From: Octopus bimaculoides
Lineage: Eukaryota
Reading direction: 5' to 3'
NCBI RefSeq assembly: GCF_001194135.2
Contig: NC_068981.1
Location: 175,020,887-175,084,886 of the forward strand
Length of the DNA: 64,000 bases
Shown here: positions 1 to 13,582 of the stretch, in pieces
How the letters are laid out: the number at the start of each line of letters is the position of its first letter
Position numbering within the stretch: the first letter of the stretch is position 1
The notes under the pieces: generated by a model
Database searches by the model: none
What the model saw: only the letters and a program-made list of their open reading frames with translations
Told to the model about the DNA's origin: nothing
Translations under genes and position numbers: made by a program

Positions 1-139
1 TTTTTGCCAGCTGAGTGGACAGGAGCAACGTGAAATGAAGTGTTTTGCTCAAGAACACAACGCGTCGCCTGGTCCAGGAATAGAAACCACAATCTTACGA
101 TTATGATACTGACATCCTAACCACTAAGTCACGTGCCTC
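1..139 (-). mobile_element. tRNA-derived SINE, 5' part (V/CORE-like middle domain family), cut by window edge
   Basis: The reverse complement reads GAGGCACGTGACTTAGTGGTTAGG (A box)...GGTTTCTATTCC (B box), then GCGTTGTGTTCTTGAGCAAAACACTTCATTTCACGTTGCTCC. Same family as 18240-18545. Confidence 0.8.
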
Positions 140-324
140 GACAGTTCAAGATATGCTTATACCTAAAGGCAACAGGATGATTATTGTCAGAATTGTATTT
201 GATAAAAGCCATGATAGATAAAATTTGACATGAAATTAAATGAAAACAGTCTTAGCTAAGTATATTTTAACTGCAACTTCTAGGAAGAGAATTTCAAAAG
301 TTTCCTTGAAAATTAATCACTTCC

Positions 325-487
325 CCTTAAATTAGCGGTTCGGCAAAAGAGACCGATATGATAAATAAGTAACAGGCTGTAAAATATAAATATTGGGGTT
401 AATTCGTTCAGCTAAAATTCTTCAAGGCGGTCTCCTAGCATGGCCACAGTCTAAGTGACTGAAACAAATAAAAGCTAAAAGATAAAT
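325..487 (+). mobile_element. SINE 3' half (family ending GGCGGTGCTCCAGCATGGCC tail)
   Basis: TTAGCGGTTCGGCAAAAGAGACCGAT...AGGCGGTCTCCTAGCATGGCCACAGTCTAAGTGACTGAAAC matches the copies at 45937-46310 and 56175-56617. Confidence 0.8.
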
Positions 488-1699
488 TCCCATTTTGCAA
501 AACAGTACCACAGCCGACGCCGCCAGCTTTCTCAAACCACCTCAAACTCTATATCTTTGCCTCTCCAAACAATGTTTTCGTGCCAGCAGCTTATCTGGTA
601 ATTTTACCCCTTCAGTTATTTACCCAAAATTTTATGGACATTTTCCTCTAACTATCTATTTCTATCTCTGCGCTCCCCGTAGGTCGTGCCTATCCTGCAA
701 AATACTTTTACGTCCTGACGCTTCTCTCACTCTTACCTCTTTATCTCACTCTGTATCTTTGTATTTCTTATATTTGTTCACGCAAACACTCTCTGCTTCC
801 TTCTCTTCTTTTATGTCGTTATTTTTTTTTTCTTTGCGCTGAAAACATAGCACAAAATCTTTTACACTATGCTACTAACAATAAGAAATTCCTTGCTCGA
901 GACACTCAACGCTGCAATAAACTCAGAAAATATTGAAATAAAATATTATCTGCACGAAATTGCCAGATCTCGTTCTTGCTCTTGCTTTCTTCTTAATGAC
1001 CTCATGAAGTGATGATGAAGCGAGCTATTTATCTCCGCTCAAATAAAATATCACTCTCACTGACCCCTTACCACACCTTATTCCAGGACGATGCTAGCGA
1101 TGACAAATGAATAGTGTGGCTAACTCCACTACCGAGATGTGTTGTAGTGCTACAGTGAATATAAAATTAGGAGCCAATAATAAAAGATTAATGTTTGAAG
1201 AGATTAATTTTCTTTTCCTCTATTTAAAACTTGTTTACATTGATATATTAGGATTGCACAGCGCGTTAAAATAACAGTCGAAGAGAAGATTATAATGACT
1301 ATATGTTGCTCATTTTGTATGCATTTCCATTAGAATATGAGTTGTTGGAGTTAACATTAAATACTCAAGAAGTAATGACAGAACCAGTAGAGAGGACAAG
1401 AGGCTGTTACTGTTTTTAGCCTCGATCCTTTACGTTCTGATTTTGAAAACAAGTTCAACTTTGTCTCTCATATCCGGTGCTGATACAAGCAAGATTAAGA
1501 ACTGGTAGCGATTTATGGAATACAAATGGAAGCTTTTTCCCTTGCATACTCTATAACCGGCCTCAGAAAGGTATACGCATATCTATTTTAGAAATACATA
1601 GAAAATCATAAGTGACTATATTTCCTTGTACATGTCAGTCTGTGTGTGTGTGGGGGGGGGGGTATGAGAGAGAGAGAGATAGACTATATATTAGAACGA

Positions 1700-1860
1700 G
1701 CTTCTAAGAGAATGTGGTGTTAGTCGATATCATTGACCCAGCATTTGGCTAGTACCTTATTTTATCGCCCGAAAAAGGATAAAAGATAAAGTTGATGGCA
1801 TTTAATTCAGAACGTAAGAGGACAAATAAATTAACACAAATTATTCTATCTGATGCTCAA
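1700..1860 (-). mobile_element. degenerate Deu/Nin-domain SINE
   Basis: TAGTACCTTATTTTATCGCCCGAAAAAGGATAAAAGATAAAGTTGATGGCATTTAATTCAGAACGTAAG aligns to the intact copy at 63163-63398. Confidence 0.6.
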
Positions 1861-4800
1861 ACAAGTTTTCCAATCCACTTCACTATTCTTGTATACTAAT
1901 ACACGCATTCCTATATTGTGAAAATCGTATATTTATACATTCATTTATACATGAACATATGAATATATATATATGTGTGTGTTTATGTGTGTGTGTATGT
2001 TCATGTCTATATTTTGTTATATGCATGGTTATATTGATATAGAGCGGTCAATAGAGTTACTAGGTTTTTGATTGATTAGTTTTAAATGTAGTATATCGGT
2101 GCACTTGATGATGTAGTAAAGAACATTTCGAAAAAATATAATGAACAAAATGTGAAGAAAAATACTGATACACACATACAAGATATCTATCGAGGAAATG
2201 ATTGGATGTCGAAAAAGAGAAAACGAAAAAGTAAACGTTTTAAAACTAAAGATAAAAGTTCTCTGACCATGTCTGTGTGTTTTAATACTGTGCAGTTCGA
2301 AATCGAGCCATATAATTTTTGAGGGGTTGGTGTCATCTACTATAGCTCTTGGTTAACCCTGTGAGTGCAAATTAACTGAGGAAAATCGTGCAGAAGCCTG
2401 ATGTAACTATCTTTCTATCTCTCCTTTTATCACTCTGTCGTTTTATGTATGTGTGTGTATGCGTCCAAATGTGTTGTGCATGTGCTTCCGTTTATACCTA
2501 GTCATGTAAAAGCCGGTGCTGTGTTAAAAGCAGTTATTCCAAAGGTGGTGCTCCAGCATGACTGCAGCTGCATGGCTGAAATGAATAAAATAATTCGATA
2601 ATATATAAACCGATATAATAAGAACCAGCCTGAGCGAGGTACAATGATTAGATATGATCAACTTTGAAGAATGGTGTCTAATCATCGTGAAAGTCCAAAT
2701 ATTTGAACAAGTAAAAAAAAAACATCGATAGATAGGCTCCTTAAGTTGAACATAAGCGATTGCACTTAAAATGAATTTACACCATTCTTTTGAGCAACAA
2801 CGTTTGGTCAACAGATATAATAATAGCATTCATTAGCGGAATGTAAGACTAAATAGATATACAGTCTTAATAAACATGTATTCTTTATTTTCTGAGAGTT
2901 TTGTTGCACATAATGCTAAACTAATCGTCGATCTGCCTATCGCTAAAGAGTTAGTCTATCAGAGTTGAACGACTTCTAAAATTTATCCAGGGTTATAACT
3001 TAACGTATCACTGGGCGAGTGATTTGTTAATTTACAGCCAGTTTTTCGCAGCTAATGTTTACCTTAAAAACATACTTGAAGCTAGGTGGATTCGGCTGTT
3101 GAGTGTTGAGATTTCTCTGACTCACATGCCATGAACTCTGGTGAAATCAAAGATCATTATTGTCTTTCACACTTTTCTTTCTACATCTTAAATACCTACT
3201 TGTTATCACTTATTTCACTATTTTTTTTTCGCAGATAATAATTTTCTTCACTCTTTCTTAAGAGTAACAAAGAGTGAAAGTGTCATCTACCCTCAGACAT
3301 TGACAGAATCTGAGGGGAAATTTTGAGAGCATTTTTCAATGTATATATCGCAATATTGCTGGTTTGAACAGTTCAAAATCTCAAGCTTTAATGCTGTGAA
3401 AATAAATTTTGTACCTCAAAATTTTTCATGAATAACGAGCGAATAAAACTTCCAAAGTCACGACTAATACAAGTCCTCACAATTATTGATGATCTCTCTT
3501 GGTTCTCCATATTGATATGATATTTTCAATATTATTACTGAAACTGCATTGCAAATGTAAAGATTTCTCTTAAGCGATAAAAACTTATAAATCCTGCTCA
3601 CACTTCATAAGGATGAAGTAAGTCTTGTACCAAAACTGCTAGCATCTAAGATGCCGTGCTACTGCATAGCTTAGTTAATGCCTAGATTATATCCTAAAAG
3701 AATGTCATATGGTTGGTTGGTGATTAATCGGTTACCAACATGCTTCAACCAGTAAGTGATTAATGTGGTGTTCTTTGTATCTTCCTCTATTATCGAGACT
3801 TCAAGACACCGAACTTGTCAGCTTTTGTGCTATGCACCCAAAGCCATTACTCAGAAGGTCACACTTATTGTATGTCTTTCAAGACACCACGCAAACGACA
3901 TTGCTACAGAACGTCAGCACTCTAGAATATTCCCTGAGTCTATTTTACCAGACACAGACCAACAGGCATGGCAACCATAATCTTACTCTCACGAATTATC
4001 TGTTAATAACATGAGCATCAGCAGATCATCTTATATATATATAAAAAAGAGAAAATTACAAGGATCATCATTACTACGATTGCTGATTGTAGCTATCACC
4101 ATCATCCTCACCACGATAACTGTCACTATCAATACGGGCATTCAACATCACAAATGACATCGTAACTGTGATTACAACCATCACCCAACACAGCTAACAC
4201 CATCGGAACCATCAATTCCCTAGATTCGCCACCATTAAAACCATAATCTTATCACCCCACCAATGTATCACTACTATAATCTCCACCAGTGTCACAACTA
4301 CATACAACATCTTAACTAACAACATCAACATTACAACCTCTCCTCTTTCATTGTTCATTTACCATATTCTTCGTTGCTTCTCAATGCTCATGTATTTTTT
4401 AACCCTCTCTGTCTTGTAACTTCCCCCTTTATTATCTATTCATCTCACTGCCTCCCTCCCCACACTCTCTTCCTATGTATGTATGTATGTATGTATGTAT
4501 GTATGTATGTATGTAGCTACTTTCTATCTTTCTCTTCCATATTAACCTGTACAGTGTTTCCTTTAGTTCCCCTCATACATTTTCAGACGGTCACTGTAAT
4601 CATACAGTTTTGTTTTTCAATCCATTATCTCTTTCCACTCAAGCATATTCTCTCTCCGTCTTTCTCTCTCCCTCTACCACGCACTCAGCATTTCTGCCAT
4701 GTTGTTTCGAGTCTACAAGGGAGGCTCTTCACAGTTATACGACCTGCTAGAAATTTCCATTAAATCACAACCTACCATCATGCAAAGAGGAAAGGACAAC

Positions 4801-5159
4801 ATTGACAAATGTTGACATGGGTGCAGTGTGCTATGGAAAAAGACCGGATGGCCACAACTGGAACGCTTTGGATCATAGGTCTGCTCGTTCAGGGCTGACC
4901 TCCAACAACACAAAAATAACAAAAACAAAAGCTTCACTACTAAATCTGTGCAACCCTCCTCTTTCTCTCTGTCCCTACTCTTCTTCTCGCTATCTCCCTC
5001 TTCTTCCTCTGTCTTCCTCTTCTCTCTTCGTCTTTCCCTTTTCTTACTGTCTCTCTCTCTCTCTCTCTTTTATATCTCTTCTTTTACGTCTCTCCTTTCC
5101 CTTTAACAGTTAATAGCTGGTTTTCTTCACTCTTATCGACCGACCGACCTTTCATCTAC

Positions 5160-5166
5160 ATATCTG

Positions 5167-5212
<46 letters not shown>

Positions 5213-5235
5213 GATCGATCGATCTATCTATCTAT
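5160..5235. repeat. (TATC)n microsatellite with internal (GATC)n block
   Basis: Direct reading. Confidence 0.95.
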
Positions 5236-5506
5236 CCTCTTTCTCTCCTTTTTTCTTTTACCACATTCACCGTTTTTTTTTTCTTTCTTCGTCTTTTATT
5301 AATAACACGAAACGTTGAACGACTGATGGGATTCTAATTGGAAACCTGTTCATGTGCAGAAACGCTGCATCATAATGTATTCGCTGTCACACGTTTTTGA
5401 GCTTCCTATGTCACTTACGTGTTGTTATTGTTATTGTTATTGTTTTTATTTGTATTGTTTTTATCTTATGTACAACCAATATTTATCTATCTTCTCTTCA
5501 ATGTAG

Positions 5507-5508
<2 letters not shown>

Positions 5509-5580
<72 letters not shown>

Positions 5581-5595
5581 CATTATTATTATTAC
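5509..5595. repeat. (TAT)n microsatellite
   Basis: Direct reading; explains the poly-L and poly-Y ORFs. Confidence 0.95.
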
Positions 5596-6482
5596 TGCTT
5601 TATGTGTTTTTGCTGTTTGTTAGCTAAAGTAATAAACGGTCTGGTATCAGCAAAGAATACTACCATTTCGAGTCCGAAAATGTGATACGATGATCTGAGT
5701 GCATAAGAATATGTCGCCATCCAGTCTCCGCTACATAAAACTTTGCATAAAATCCGGCTCTTTCTAAGAAATCACGAACGCTTCTCAATTTTCTCGCATT
5801 TCCTGATATATAGTCCCAATTCATGTTTATAAATGCACTGATCCGATCATACCAGGCTCATTAATTGTTTTATGTGCTATCTCTATCCATCCTCCGCTAT
5901 TCCTCACTCTTCTTACTCTCTCTGTTTCGTACCACACACTACATTATATATCACATTCACACACACATAAAAGTAAACACTATCTCCTATCTGTCCTTTT
6001 TCTCATTCTCTCTCGCTTTCTCTCCCTCTCTGTTTCTCCTTTCTCTCTTTTAATGGTTCTTTCTTTCATTTCAACGATTTCTGTTCATCTTCCTCCACGT
6101 TTTGTTTAGTTTATCAATATGCCTTTTACACTTTCTTCTGACACTGAATCGCACACGCACCCATGAGCGCGCACACACGCATTGTCTCCCCTCGCACTCT
6201 TTCTCTCTCTCTTCCGTTCATCTCTTTCTTTTGTTACTCACCCCTATCTCACTCATCTTTTTCTCTTTCCCCTTCTGTTTCTATCTCAAACTTCCTTTAT
6301 TCCGGAGAATTATACACACTCTTGTGTTTATGTTTTCTTTTCTTTCCTTCTTCTTACACTTTGACATTTGATTCTCTCAAACTTACACTACCTCTCTATA
6401 TTTCATCCCCCTCTCTCTCTCGCTCACACGCTTTTTCACACTAAGTCTCCACTCTCCCTCCCTCCCTCCCTCNNNNNNNNNN

Positions 6483-6525
<43 letters not shown>

Positions 6526-7855
6526 CTCTATCTATCTATCTTCTACAGATATTGGATATATTGCTACAATTCTTTACGGATATTAGTACATTTTTATTTC
6601 TCTCCCCACCTTCTCTCTCTCATGTTTCTAAATATAGTTAATTATTCTTCATCCTTGCAGTATGGCTACATAAACATATATTTATCTCTGTTTCGATTTA
6701 TTTGTCATTATTGAGTCATTTTCTCGAAATATGACTGTATATAGTTCTATTTATCTGGCTTACAAAGAAGTTCCGACAATCGGTATTCAGACATGCTATA
6801 CCTTCTTTCCGCCATTGCTACTGCGGGTGGCCACAGTGGCTTCTGCTACTCGGTGGTGGCTAGTTTCCCGCCACATTCGTTTAAACACCCCACTGACTCG
6901 TTTCGTCGCCCATACTCTCATCATCCATATTGTATTCAGAACTCTCTTTTCCGTAATAAACACTGCATTCGTTTCAGTTCTTTCTTACTTAGGATGTCAG
7001 TCACTGTTATTTCCTCTCTACGTACACATTTTTTCTCTCCCGGATTTGTATGCTACCGTTTAATCGGAAAGATGGCGCTATCAATCTCACCGTTCTAGGA
7101 CGGCCTGCGAAAATCTCTTCCTCCAGTTCAATATAATATAAAAATTAATCGCTCAGCTCCTCTTTGGGAGGTTGGGTTGGGGCAGAAGCTGTGGACCAAG
7201 AGGTCTCGTAGGTTCTAGGCTCATTTTTATCTGTTTTTATCTGACAAGATGCCTCAAATGCAATACTCCATGTAATAGTGTTAAGTCACTTAGTTAATAA
7301 ACCCACCAGTCATTCAGTCCTTTAAAATATTTGTCCATGTATTTATTCAGTTAATTACTTTTAATGTTATATTTCAGAGGCGTGTTGGTGGAGGTAGTGG
7401 TGGGGTTTTAGTTATAAATAACATGAAGGGAGATAACTGGTTTATTGAGGTCTATAATTATAAAAATAATATACTAAAAAATTTAGGACCATAATTCAAT
7501 CAATCAATCAATCAACTTATCAATCAGCCAATTAATTAATAAATCAATCAAGCAATCAGTGTATTGGTTTTGTAATGAGGTTGCATATCAATGTCTGCAT
7601 CCATATACATACACATGCACATACAATACATACATACACTCATATATATATACATATATATACATACAGATATATATATATACATATACATACATACACA
7701 TGCATATACCCACACACACATAAAGGTACCAGCAGAAGACATAAACATATATATATTTACCTAAACTTACATATATGTGCGTGCATACATAAATATATAT
7801 ATACACAAGTGCGTGTACAAAGATACATATATACATACCTACCTAAATATACATA

Positions 7856-7903
<48 letters not shown>

Positions 7904-9259
7904 ATGGTTTGCTAAGCGGTGCCGTGCTTTTACATTTCTGTAAATAATATTTTCATAAGTTTAAAGCTGTAAGCTATGTATATATATAGTAACTGTAGCC
8001 GCTGCTTGAATACACAAGGGTTTCCAAAGCAATTTTTCGAGCTGAATCCGAATATACCATTTGCTTTTATCAATCATGTCAGGATCTTTGTTTGCACACA
8101 CCTTTGATTTATCACAAGTATTGTAGTTTTCATTGATTTTCATGTCCCGGTTTCATTTTGGAAATCTGGGCCGATGTGTGAAAAATGTTTCATTACCGCC
8201 CTCCGCTTGCATAAAGTTTCGTAAAATTATGAATACACCTGACTTTCTGCATAGATAGTATAAATGTAGTCAGATTTCGGCGTGAAATGGGGTTGGTTTT
8301 CTTTTTTCTTTTTTTTTGCCTATGATAGAGAAAATACAAAATATGGCCTAAGGGCATTCTATTCTGCTGATACATAACCTGAAACACAACAATAAGTTTA
8401 GAATTATATGCATATTATATGCATATAATTCTAAACTTATACCTGTTTGGTATATGAAACAGTGCTTTCTTCCAACATTTAATCACTTTTTAACTCGCAA
8501 ACAATAACAGTTGTAATTTATATGAATATAAGGATTGTCAGGACATTTTACCGCAAATAGTTGCGAGTCAACAAAGGAGGCTCTACACAGTTATGTATCC
8601 TCATGTGCCAATCAAGAACATATGCTAATTCATACAAAATCTATTTACCTATATTCTAAAATACCCCACGAATTGTTTAATGACTTCAGAACTATGACAA
8701 TCGTCTGCAAAATAAAAATGAAATGGAACTGAGAGATAAGTTTGCATAAAAAACTGATATGGTAAATTAATTCCAGTAACATGCATCTTTTTCGACAATT
8801 CGCCATGACTACGAACAGAAAATAGGTGTGTTATCCATCATTATATCGCTATCACCTGCTAGTACCTTCCGAACGACCTTCGACTGAACGCGATGTGAGG
8901 ACGAATCAATCATTAAATAGAATTGGTTAAAATATATTTTTTTATTAGGGAAGAGGGGCTTATTCACGATCATTCAAGTGCTGAATTGGTATAGCAACAA
9001 ATTTTTAAATTCAAAGATTCCTACAGAACTAAGAGCATCATTTGTGCATGTATGTGTGTGTGTGTGCATGTGTGTGTGTGTGTGTTGTGTGTGTGTGTGT
9101 GTGTGCGTGTGTGTGGGTGTGTGGGTATGTTATATTTTACACGTTATATTTTACACGTTCCACAACATTCGGAAATGATAAGAGATAGTCCCGGGAAAAA
9201 TTTTCCACCTGAACATTTGCGAAAATACATTTTTCTTTTAATGGAGAAAAAGCTGTCAG

Positions 9260-9352
9260 TGAAATATATCTATGTATGTATGTGTGTATGTATGTATGTA
9301 TGTATGTATGTATGTATGTATGTATGTATGTATGTATGTATGTATGTATGTA
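9260..9352. repeat. (TATG)n microsatellite
   Basis: Direct reading. Confidence 0.95.
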
Positions 9353-9435
9353 CAGATATATGTATGTGTTTGATTGCATGTTTGCGTATGTTCTGTATTT
9401 CTCTTTTATTATTAATTTGCTGAAAAAAGTGGGGA

Positions 9436-9630
9436 GTTTGCAGAATCATTAGCACGATGGACGAAATGCTGAGTGGTATTTCGTCTGTCGCTACGTTTTG
9501 AGTTCAAATTCCGCCTAGGTCGACTGTGCCTTTCAACTTTTCGGGCTCGATAAACTAAGTACCAATTGAACACCGGGGTCGATGTAATTGACTCATCCCA
9601 ATCTGCTCTTGTGGCAAAAATTTGCCACAG
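9436..9630 (+). mobile_element. tRNA-derived SINE with Deu/Nin-like domain
   Basis: A box region TTGCAGAATCATTAGC, B box GAGTTCAAATTCC, then GGTCGACTGTGCCTTTCAACTTTCGGGCTCGATAAACTAAGTACC (Deu/Nin-type core). Confidence 0.85.
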
Positions 9631-10561
9631 GGGCATGAAGTTTGACTCTTCTAACTTGCATTCACATTCAATGCCTCTGATATAATTTAAATTCTACCGT
9701 TCTAAATTTAAAAAAAAACAACTTACAGTTTAAAGTGCTTTGGCTGCATGAAAAATGCAAAGCAACAAAAATCTAGGCGATACAATTTTTTATCAAAAAA
9801 TTCAATAATGACTGGAATAAAAGATATTTTTCGCATAGCTTCAGACCATAAACGGCTTTAGTTAAGAGATGCGGTCGTGATATCGGTATGCTTATTTAAT
9901 ATGCGTAGATTGGTATTACATCATTTAAATAAATTAGCTTGTTCTGTCTTTCGGAAAATTGACAATAATAAGTAAAAGAAATATGATTTTCGTTTATGTA
10001 TGAAGAGCTTATGAATAGTGATATATTTTATGTATAGAAAGTGCATTAGTGCCAATTCATTTACCTTTATTCTTCTAGAGATATTTTGAGTATCCACGTA
10101 TTACACTTTGGTTGTGTTTCTTCTATTCTGTGTTCGTTTCTTTTAAGAAAGATGACATTAATATCAAGGATAGCGATAAAATTAGTATTCGACCACTGGT
10201 AATTGTCCATGTATGGTATAAATGCTTGCGATGTAAAAATCAGGAATCTCATGCAGATTTAAAAACTTTATTTTGATATTAGTATATATAGATTATATTG
10301 TTACAATAGATTTAGATGTTCAACCTAAGACATATTATAGTTAGCTCTATTTAAGATATCGAGCGCTCTCTATCGAAACATGAACATTCGAAATATCGTA
10401 ATTTATGCATTATATAATGTATGCATGTATGTATGTATCTATTTATCTGTCTGTCTTTCTGTCTATCTTCTCTCTCTTTATATATGCATACACATATAAA
10501 TATATATACATATATATAATATATATACGCACATACATCTATACAAATATACATATAAATG

Positions 10562-10642
<81 letters not shown>

Positions 10643-11023
10643 ATATTATATAAGAAATCGACAACAAAACAATAAATTGAACAATTATAAATTCAATACA
10701 ATTCAAATATTTTATACAAACAAATAACACATCTCATAAATTTATTTGACGAAAACTATCAATTGAAAATATTTATAATTGCTAAGGTTTTGCGAAAACG
10801 CTTTATAAGAGCGAGCTTAATGATAGATATGTAAATAATCTAACTGAAATTAGGTAAATTCATAAAATTAAATCTATAAATATTCCGTTCTATAACCGAA
10901 TTTTTGCCCAATACACACGTTCATATATGCATACTTATATATACTTATATACATACATGCACACATACGTTTACACAGATACATACACACATGCACAAGT
11001 TTAGTTATTCATCTATCTATCTC

Positions 11024-11094
<71 letters not shown>

Positions 11095-11544
11095 TTTGTG
11101 TGAATGAGTCTATGGGATTGTTGCTGCTAGGCACGTCTGCAAGTAAATATATAAGTGTATATTTTTGCCTGTAGGTTATTTGTTATTTTTTGCTTGCACA
11201 TCTCTGTTTATTCTGATTTGTATATCTGTATATTTCTCTGGTTGTGTGTATGATTATTTAATTGTGTAGCAATCTTTATTTCAAAATGAACGTCTAAGGA
11301 AAAATAAGTGGAAAATTGTTTCATAGACATCTATTTACATATTTATGTCTTGGGTAAGATAACAAATAGATNNNNNNNNNNNNNNNNNNNNNNNNNNNNN
11401 NNNNNNNNNNNNNNNNNNNNNNNNNNNNNNNNNNNNNNNNNNNNNNNNNNNNNNNNNNNNNNNNNNNNNNNNNNNNNNNNNNNNNNNNNNNNNNNNTATG
11501 TATACACACATTATGTGGGTGAGTTTGTGTGCTAGTGTGTGTGC

Positions 11545-11596
<52 letters not shown>

Positions 11597-11757
11597 GTGT
11601 GTGTGTGTGTGTGTGAAGATTGAAGACTGAATGTATATAGGCAAAAATTCAATTATATTGGAATGCCTATCGCATTAGTTTCAGAAAAATTGACTCCGCA
11701 AACTATCTTCATAGACTTGTCAGATCTCTGCGCTGCAATTTTCTCAAGTCCTGTGGT

Positions 11758-11839
<82 letters not shown>

Positions 11840-12327
11840 GTCTGTTTGTCTGTCTCACTCTGTCTCTCTCTATCTATCTATCTATCTATCCTTCTATTTA
11901 CTTAAATATATATATACACACAACTATATATGTATATACATACATACAAAACAAACATACATACACGCACATACGTGAAGATGTGTATACACATTTACAT
12001 CCACAGATATATATAAACGTGTAGATATGCAAATACAAATACGCAGATGTATATATGCGTATGCATATCTGTGTAAATACGTCTTTATGAAGACATATAC
12101 ATTGGAATTCAATTATATGAATGCATATCGTATTAGATTCAGAAAAATTGACTTTGAAAACTATCTTTATAGACTTGTCAGAACTTTGTACCGCAATTTT
12201 CTCCAGTTCTTTAGTTTTCCAATCAATAAATTCATATATCTATACATTTATTTATTCATTTTACAATCAGCCATCTCCCTACCTATTTATTTATTTATTT
12301 ATCTCTTTATATAACTACCCCAAATCG

Positions 12328-12358
<31 letters not shown>

Positions 12359-12826
12359 ATATATGTGGTATCCATACTTTTTGAAAAAAAACATTCATCT
12401 AAATCTTGAAAGCTCTGCTTCAGTGTAATCTTGGTAGAGCATCGTAAAGCGACATTACATTATCTCTATCCAGGGCGCGAGCTTGAGCAAGGTTGAATAG
12501 TTAATCAATCTAAAAATAAGCGCCAATGCAGCTTGGCATCAGTATCGTCAGAGTTGTCAGAATGTAAGAGAAGCTGATGCGGAATTTCCTGAGAAACCGT
12601 TTCTAATGTCTAGAGTATTTCACCGGTAGTAGTATATTTTGTTTTTATGGATGCTACAAGCATTAAGAGGAAATACGTCACCCAGTAAATTGCACGCATA
12701 ACGTGCAGAAACGGGAACAGATACCTCCAGGTTGTGTTCGAAGTTGTAATAGTTTTAATCTTGGACGCATTATGTGCAGGGTAGGCCAAACTTCACGAAC
12801 CAGGAGGAAATCTCTGCGTTCCGGAA

Positions 12827-12995
12827 CCCAGTTTAGAACAGCTGCATAAAACAGTGTTATTAGGGACAGTTAGGATACTTAGGAGAGTTTTTGGCATCTA
12901 AGGCCACTTGTTGTAGCCCGATGTCAGGATTTTTTCTCTTCCAGCAGTATAATCTTTTGTGTGTATATAAACAACAACAACAACAACAACAACAG
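12827..12995 (+). mobile_element. R4/Dong-like RLE LINE 3' end (copy A) with (AAC)n tail
   Basis: Translates PSLEQLHKTVLLGTVRILRRVFGI*, the typical R4-clade C-terminus QKxxLLGTxxILR. A short 3' UTR and (AAC)n follow. Confidence 0.7.
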
Positions 12996-13006
12996 CAAAA
13001 ATAATA

Positions 13007-13192
13007 AAATATAAACCCTTAATATTTGAAATTGTTGGAATTTGGAGCATAAAAAACTAAATGTTGTGCCTGTAAAAACTGGTGCATTGGGAACTGTTAG
13101 TAAATCTATGGACAAATGGTTGAAGGAAGTTGGAAAAGAATGTCCTATGGAGCGTCCACAGAAAGTTTGCCTCTTAGGGACAGGATAGATTA
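13007..13192 (+). mobile_element. R4/Dong-like RLE LINE 3' fragment (copy B)
   Basis: KYKPLIFEIVGIWSIK / (frameshift) KLNVVPVKTGALGTVSKSMDKWLKEVGKECPMERPQKVCLLGTG* matches the KYxxLxxEIxxxW...VPxxxGALG motif after the RLE core. Confidence 0.8.
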
Positions 13193-13252
13193 CCATGAAA
13201 TTATTTACATTACTTACATTCGACGGATATTTGTCCTCATATTGTTTGTTGT

Positions 13253-13297
13253 AACACAACGTTTCGGTTGATACGCACCCCAGCCTTCTTCAGATGT
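13253..13297 (-). ncRNA. minimal type-I hammerhead ribozyme motif (inverted-arm copy, slightly decayed)
   Basis: ACAT-CTGAAGA-A-GGCTG(GGGTGCGTAT)CAACC-GAAA-C-GTT-GTGT; one mismatch in stem II. Confidence 0.65.
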
Positions 13298-13365
13298 ATT
13301 GGGGAAATTTCGAACTTGGGCTCTCATTCCTAAGGTATTTTTTTAATGTTATTATTATTAATATT

Positions 13366-13440
13366 GAGCATATGGCGTAGTGGTTAAGAGCGCGGGCTAC
13401 TAACCCCAAGATTCCGAGTTCGATTCCAAGCAGTGACCTG
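13366..13440 (+). promoter_or_regulatory. tRNA-derived head with internal Pol III promoter (not a functional tRNA)
   Basis: A box TGGCGTAGTGG at 13373-13383 and B box GTTCGATTC at 13418-13426. Anticodon-like stem-loop GGG-CTACTAA-CCC; no 3' acceptor stem. Confidence 0.8.
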
Positions 13441-13452
13441 AACAACAACAAC

Positions 13453-13484
<32 letters not shown>

Positions 13485-13536
13485 TAACATCGAAAAATAA
13501 TTTAGGAATGAGAACACAAGTTCGAAATTTCGCCAA

Positions 13537-13582
13537 GACACCTGAAGAAGGCTCCAGGGTATATCAGCCGAAACGTTGTGTT
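13537..13582 (+). ncRNA. minimal type-I hammerhead ribozyme motif
   Basis: Stem I GACAC/GTGTT; core CTGAAGA plus an extra A; stem II GGCT/AGCC; GAAA; palindromic ACGT stem III; GUU cleavage triplet. Confidence 0.75.

Noticed and set aside
8050-8710. Cluster of good-looking minus-strand splice sites with short open frames
   Set aside because: The frames are short, phases can be joined in several arbitrary ways, and no homology is recognisable. This is expected by chance in AT-rich DNA.
13366-13440. Possible tRNA gene
   Set aside because: There is no 3' acceptor-stem strand and it runs into (AAC)n; it is a SINE-type head.
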